A DNA stretch of 64,000 nt from the human T2T-CHM13v2.0 reference genome, Homo sapiens, in NCBI RefSeq assembly GCF_009914755.1, contig NC_060940.1. One strand, 5' to 3'. Shown in pieces: positions 58,301 to 64,000 of this stretch. The position numbers were made by a program, and so were the translations under genes. Below the pieces are notes generated by a model. That model had not been told where the DNA came from and made no database searches. It saw only the letters and a list, made by a program, of their open reading frames with translations. The first letter of the stretch is position 1. Every line of letters begins with the position of its first letter.

Positions 58301-61300
58301 TCCATTCGATTCCATTCGATTCCTTTCGAAGATTATTCCATTTGAGTCCATTCGATGATGATTCCATTCCATTCCATTCGATGATTCCGTTTGATTCCAT
58401 TCGATGATTCCCTTCGATTCCTTTCTTTGATGATTCCATTCCATTCCATTCAATGATTCCATTCGAATCTATTCCATGATGATTCCTTTCGATTCCATTC
58501 GCTGATGTTTCCGTTCAATTCCATTCGATGATGATTCCATTCGATTCCATTCATTGAGGATTCCATTTGATTCCATTCAATGATGATTCCGTTCTATTCC
58601 ATTCAATGATTGCATTCAATTCCATTCAATGATTATCCCCTTAGAGTAAACTCAACGTTTCCATTCAATACCATTAGATGATGATTCCTTTTGAGTCCAT
58701 TCAATGATTTCATTCAAGTCCATTTGATGATTCCTTTCAATTCCATTCTATGATGATTCCATTCGAGTCCATTCGATGATTCTATTCGATTGCATTCGAT
58801 GATTCCATTATATTCCAGTCAACGATGATTCCATTCGAGTCCATTCGATGATTCCATTAGAGTACATTTAATGATTGCTTTGTTTTCAATTCGAAGATGA
58901 TTACATTGGATTCCATTCTATGATACCATTCGATTCCATTCAATGATGATTCCACTAAAATCCATTGGATGATTCCATTCGTGTCCATTCGGTGATTTCA
59001 TTAGATTCCATTCGAGGATGATTCCATTCGATTCCATTCGATGATTCCATTCAATTCCATTCGATGATGATTCCATTCCAGTCCATATGATCATTCCATT
59101 TGATTTCATTCGATGATGATTCCATTCGATTCCATTCGATGATTCCATTCTATTCCATTCGATGATGATTCCATTCGAGTCCATTCGATGATTCCATTCG
59201 AGTCCATTTAATGATTCCATTGGGTTCAATTCAATGATGATTACATTGGATTCCGTTCTATGATTCCATTCAATTCCGTTCATTGACAATTTGATTCCAT
59301 TCGATGATGATTCCATTTGAGTTCATTCGATGATTCTATTCGATTCTCTTCGATGGTGATTCAATTCTATTATATTGGATGATTCCATTCGATTCCATTT
59401 GATGTTGATTCAATTCGATTCTATTCGATGATGATTCCATTGGATTTCACTTGATGATTCTATTCGATTCCATTCAATGATGATTCACTTCTCGTCCATT
59501 GGATGATTCCATTTCATTCCATTCGATGATGATTCCATTCGATTCCATTCGATGATTCCATTTGATTCCATGCGACGGTGAGCAATTCGATTCAATTCCA
59601 TGATGATTCTATTTGATTCAATTAGATGATGTTTCCATTCGAATCCATTCCATGATTATTCCATTGGAATCCATTTGGCGATGATTCCATATGAGTCAAT
59701 TCAATGATGATTCCATATGGGTCCGTTCGATGATAATTCCATTTGATTTCATTCAATGCTTCTATTCTATTCCAGTCGTTGATGATTCCGTTGGAGTCCA
59801 TACGATGATTCCATTTGATTTCATTTGATGATGATTCCATTCGATGATGATTACATTGGATTCCATTCTATGATTCCATTCAATTCCATTCGTTGATGAT
59901 TCGATTCCATTCAATGATGATTCCATTTGAGTTCATTCGATGATTCTATTCGATTCCGTTCGATGGTGATTCAATTCTATTATATTGGATGATTCCACTC
60001 GATTCCATTTGATGATTATTCCATTGGAGTCCACTTAGTGAATCCTTTAGATTCTACTCGAAGATGATTCCATTCGAGTCCATTCAATGATACCATTCAA
60101 TTTCATTCGTTGATGCTTCCATTCAAGTGCATTCGATGATATCATTCGATTCCATTTGATGATAATTCCATTTGATTCCATGCGATGATTCTATTCGATT
60201 CCATTCAATGATAATTCCATTCAATTCAGTGATTCCTCTGGACTCCATTTGATGATGATTCCATTCAATGATTCCATTCGATTCTATTCGAAAATGATTC
60301 CATTTGAATCCATTTGATGATGATTCCATTAGATTCCATTTGATGATTCCATTCGATTGCATTTGACGATGATTCCATTCGATTCCATTTGATGATTCCA
60401 TTCTATTCTATTCGATGATGATTCCATTCGATTCCATTTGATGATGATTGGATTCGATTCCATTTGATGATTTCATTTGATTCCATTCGATAATGATTTC
60501 GATCAACTCCATTCGATGATTCCATTTGATTCCATTCGATAATGATTACATCCGAGTCCATTCGATGATTCCATTTGAGCCCGTTCGATAATTCCATTTG
60601 AGTCCAATCAATGATTCCATTCATTTCCATTCAATGATTCCATTCGAGTCCATTTGATCATTCTGGTAGGGTCCGTTCGATGTTGATTCCATTGGAGTGC
60701 ATTCGATGATTCCATTCGAGTCCATTTTAGGATTTGATTCGAGTCCTTTCGATGATTCCATTCGATTCCACTCGATGATGATTTCATTCGAGTCCATTCG
60801 ACACTTCCAATCGATTCCATTTGATGTTTCCATTCGAGTCCAATTGATGATTCCATTCAATTCCATTCGATGATGATTCCGTACGATTCCATTCTGTGAT
60901 GATTCCATGTGATTGCATTCCATGATGATTCCTTTCGATTGCATTCGATTATGATTCATTTCGTGTTCATTCTATGGTTCCACAGGTTTCCATTCGATGA
61001 CGTTTCCGTTCGTGTCCATTCCATTATTCCATTCTATTTCATTTGATGATGATTCCATTCGATTCCATTCATTGGTGATTCCACTCAATTCCATTCAATG
61101 ATTCCATTCCATATCTTTCAACAATGATTCCATTAGTTTCTATTCGATGATCCACTTGATTCCATTTGGCGATGATTCCATTCGTGTCCATTCGATGATT
61201 CCATTTGATTCCATATGATGATGATTCCATTCGATTCCATACCATGATGATTCCATTCGGGTCCATTCAATGGTGATTCCATTCAATTCCATTCGATGAT

Positions 61301-62290
61301 TCCTTCCGATTCCATTCGATGATGATGGCATTCGATTCCTTTCAATCATTCCCTTTGATTCCATTCAAAGGTGATTTCATTCAAGTCCATTCGATAATTG
61401 CATTCGATTCCATTCTATGATGATTCCATTCGAGTCCATTTGATGATTCCATTCAATTCAAGTCAATGATGATTCCATTCAATTCCACTCGATGATTCCA
61501 TTGGATTCCATTCGATGATGATTCCATTCAAATCCATTCGATAATTCAATTCAAGTCCATTCGATGATGATTCCAATCGAATCCATTCAAAGATTCCATT
61601 CAATTCCATTCGATGATGATTCCCTTAGATTCCATTCGATGATTCCACTTGATTCCATTTACGATGATTCCATTCGATTCCATGTGATGAATCCATTCAA
61701 TTCTATTCAATGATGTTTCCATTTGATTCCATTGGACCATGATTGCCTTTGATTCCATTCAATGATTCCATTCGGTTCCATTTGATGATGATTCCGTTTG
61801 ATTCCATTTCATTATTCCATTTGATTCCATTGGATGAGTCCATTCGATTACATTCGATGATTATTCCATTCGAGTGCATTAGATGATTGCATTCGAGTCC
61901 ATTCGATGATTCCATTCGATTCCATTCGATGTTGATTCTGTTCAAATCCATTCGATGATTCCACTCAATTCCAATCGATGACTCCATTTGATCCCATTCG
62001 ATGATTTCCTGTGATTCCCTTTGATGATCATTCTATTTGATTCAATTCGGTGATTTCATTTCATTCCATTCAGTGATGTTTCCATTCGACTGTATTCGAT
62101 GATGATTCCATTCGACTCCATTCGATTATGATTTCATTCAATTCCATTCAATAATGATTCCCTTCGAGTCCATTCGATGATTCCATTCGATTCCATTCAA
62201 CGATGATTTGATTCGTTTCCATTCGATGATTCCATTTGATTCCACTTGATGATGATTCCATTCGAGTCCATTTGATGATTCCATTCGAGT
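55391..62290 (+). repeat. ~1.1 copies of a 6.1-kb-type unit, increasingly diverged toward its 3' end
   Basis: Constant offset of 51,163 to copies 1-2 (4273 to 55436, 6331 to 57494, 8960 to 60123), then +16 bp at ~60997 and +3 bp at ~61615. Confidence 0.88.
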
Positions 62291-64000
62291 CTATTTATGT
62301 ATTATATTCGTGTCCACTTCATGATTCCATTCAATTCCATTTAATGTTGATTCCATTTGATTCCATTTGATGATTCAGTTCGATTCCTTGCAATGATTCC
62401 CTACGATTCCTTTCTATGATGATTCCATTCGATTCCATTCATTGATGATTTCATTCGACTCCATTCGATGATGATTCCTTTCGATTCCATTTGACGATAT
62501 TTCCATTCGAGTCCATTCGATGATGATTCTATTCAATTGTGTTCTATTATGATTCCATTCGATTTCATTCAATGCTTCTATTTGATTCCATTCGATGATG
62601 ATTCCATCTCTTTCCCTTCGATGATTCCATTTGATTCCATTCAGTGATGATTCCATTTGATTCCATCTGATGATGATTTCACTTGATTCCTTTCAATGAT
62701 GATTCAATTCAAGTCTATTCTATGATTCCATTGGAGTCCAAACGATCATTCCGTTCGATTCCATTCAATGGTGATTCCATTCATGTCCATTCGATGAATC
62801 CATTCAATTCCATTCGATGATGACTCCATTCGAGTACATTCGATGATTCCATTTGATTCCATTTGAAGATGATTCCATTCAATTCCATTCGAAGATGATT
62901 CCATTCAATTCCATTCGATGATGATTCCGTATGAATCCATTCTCTGATTATTCCATTCGATTCCATTCATTGACGATTCCATTCAATTCCATTCAATGAT
63001 GATTCTCTTCTATTCCATTCGATGATTCCGGTCGATTCCATTCGATGATGATTCCATTAGATTCCATTCGATTGTTGCATTCGATTCCCGTCGATGATGA
63101 TTCCTTTGAATTCCATTCGATTATCATTCCGTATGAATCCATTTGATGATTATTCCATTGGATTCCTTTCGATGATGATTCCATTCGATTCCATTTGATG
63201 ATGTTTCTCTTGTATTCCATTGGATAATTCCTTTCAGTTCCCTTCGATGATTATTCTTTCGAGTCAATTCGATGATTCTATTCCATTCCCTTCGATGATG
63301 ATTCCATTTCACTCCATTAGATGATTCCATTCGACTCAATTTGGTGATGATTCAATTCGATGACATTCGATGACTCCATTCAATTTCATTTGATGATGAT
63401 TACATTCGAGTCCATTTGATGATTGTATTCCTTTCCTTTTGATGATTATTCCATTCGTGTCTATTCAAAGGTTCCATTCTATTCCATTCAATGATGATTG
63501 CATTTGATTCCATTCAATGATTATGGCTATCGATTCCACTCGTTGATTCCATTTGATTCCGTTCGATGATTATTCCGTTAGATTCCATTAGAAGATTCCA
63601 TTCGATTTTATTCAATGATTCCAATGGATTCCATTCAATGATGATTCCATTCGACTCCATTCAGTGATTCCATTCGAGTCCATTTGATGATTCCATTCTT
63701 TTCCATTTGATGATGATTCCATTAGGGTCCATTCAATGATTCCATTCGAGTCCATTCGTTAATGCCTTTCGAGTCCTTTTGATCACTACATTCGAGTCCA
63801 TTCAATGATTCTATTCGATTCCATTCCATGATGATACCATTCGAGTTCATTCGATGATTGCATTCGAGTCCATTTGATGATTCCATATGATTCCCTTCGA
63901 CAATGATTCCATTCGTGTCCATTTGATGATTCCATTCATTTCCTATCGATGAAGATTCCATTCAAGTGTATTCGATGATTCCATTCAAATCCATTCGATG
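62291..64000 (+). repeat. Third copy of the block otherwise found only in the 11-kb unit (equivalent to ~35380-37110 and ~46475-48205); runs off the window end
   Basis: Landmarks ATTTATGTATTATATTCGTGTCCAC, GGAGTCCAAACGATCATT, TTATGGCTATCGATTCC and TTTGATCACTACATTCG are shared. ORF offsets are 35872 to 62781 (26,909) and 36836 to 63722 (26,886, one 23-mer fewer). Confidence 0.88.

Larger units (their letters stand above)
1..64000 (+). repeat. Human satellite II (HSat2/HSATII) tandem array, CATTC strand on +; probably the HSat2B-type pericentromeric array of chromosome 16
   Basis: Continuous CATTC-derived sequence dominated by CATTCGATTC, CATTCGAGTC and (GAT)2-3 spacers, the HSat2 signature (HSat3 would be long (CATTC)n runs). 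Abundant TCGA and GANTC sites. The ~6.11-kb period agrees with the known chr16 HSat2B repeat unit. Chromosome assignment is inferred and less certain than the family call. Confidence 0.96.

Noticed and set aside
219-63961. About 150 short minus-strand ORFs with MESNGIIEWNR-like repeats
   Set aside because: These are translations of the GAATG/GAATC satellite strand, which is ATG-rich and stop-poor, whereas the + strand has TGA in each GATGA. They overlap in several frames, gain and lose stops between copies, and have no domain content.
1-64000. CRISPR-like 23-26-bp periodicity
   Set aside because: There are no unique spacers between repeats, no leader and no cas genes; it is a contiguous tandem satellite.
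1-64000. Embedded Alu/L1, alpha satellite, CENP-B boxes or telomeric repeats
   Set aside because: I saw no non-satellite stretch, poly(A) tail, 171-bp monomer or TTAGGG tract anywhere in the window.

Overview
The whole 64 kb is one uninterrupted classical satellite array of the human satellite II (HSat2/HSATII) type. It is built from diverged CATTC pentamers grouped into 23/26-bp monomers (GATGATTCCATTCGAGTCCATTC / GATGATGATTCCATTCGATTCCATTC), all in one orientation. I find no genes, RNA genes, transposons or CRISPR arrays, and the ORF track consists of repeat artefacts. The ~6,112-bp higher-order period matches what is described for the chromosome 16 pericentromeric HSat2B array; that assignment is recall and inference, not an alignment. 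The interest is architectural. (1) 1-35.1 kb holds near-identical 6,112/6,060-bp units forming a 12,172-bp super-period. (2) 35.1-53.3 kb holds an 11,092-bp unit in about 1.6 copies; it is collinear with the 6,112-bp unit, and the indel arithmetic closes exactly (4,980 bp), suggesting the 6.1-kb unit is a deletion derivative of it. (3) 53.3-64 kb is a rearranged zone with a 2,013-bp jump-back, an older-looking 6.1-kb-type unit and a third copy of an 11-kb-specific block. A perfect DUX4-type motif occurs once per unit. I found no evidence for a novel coding system.
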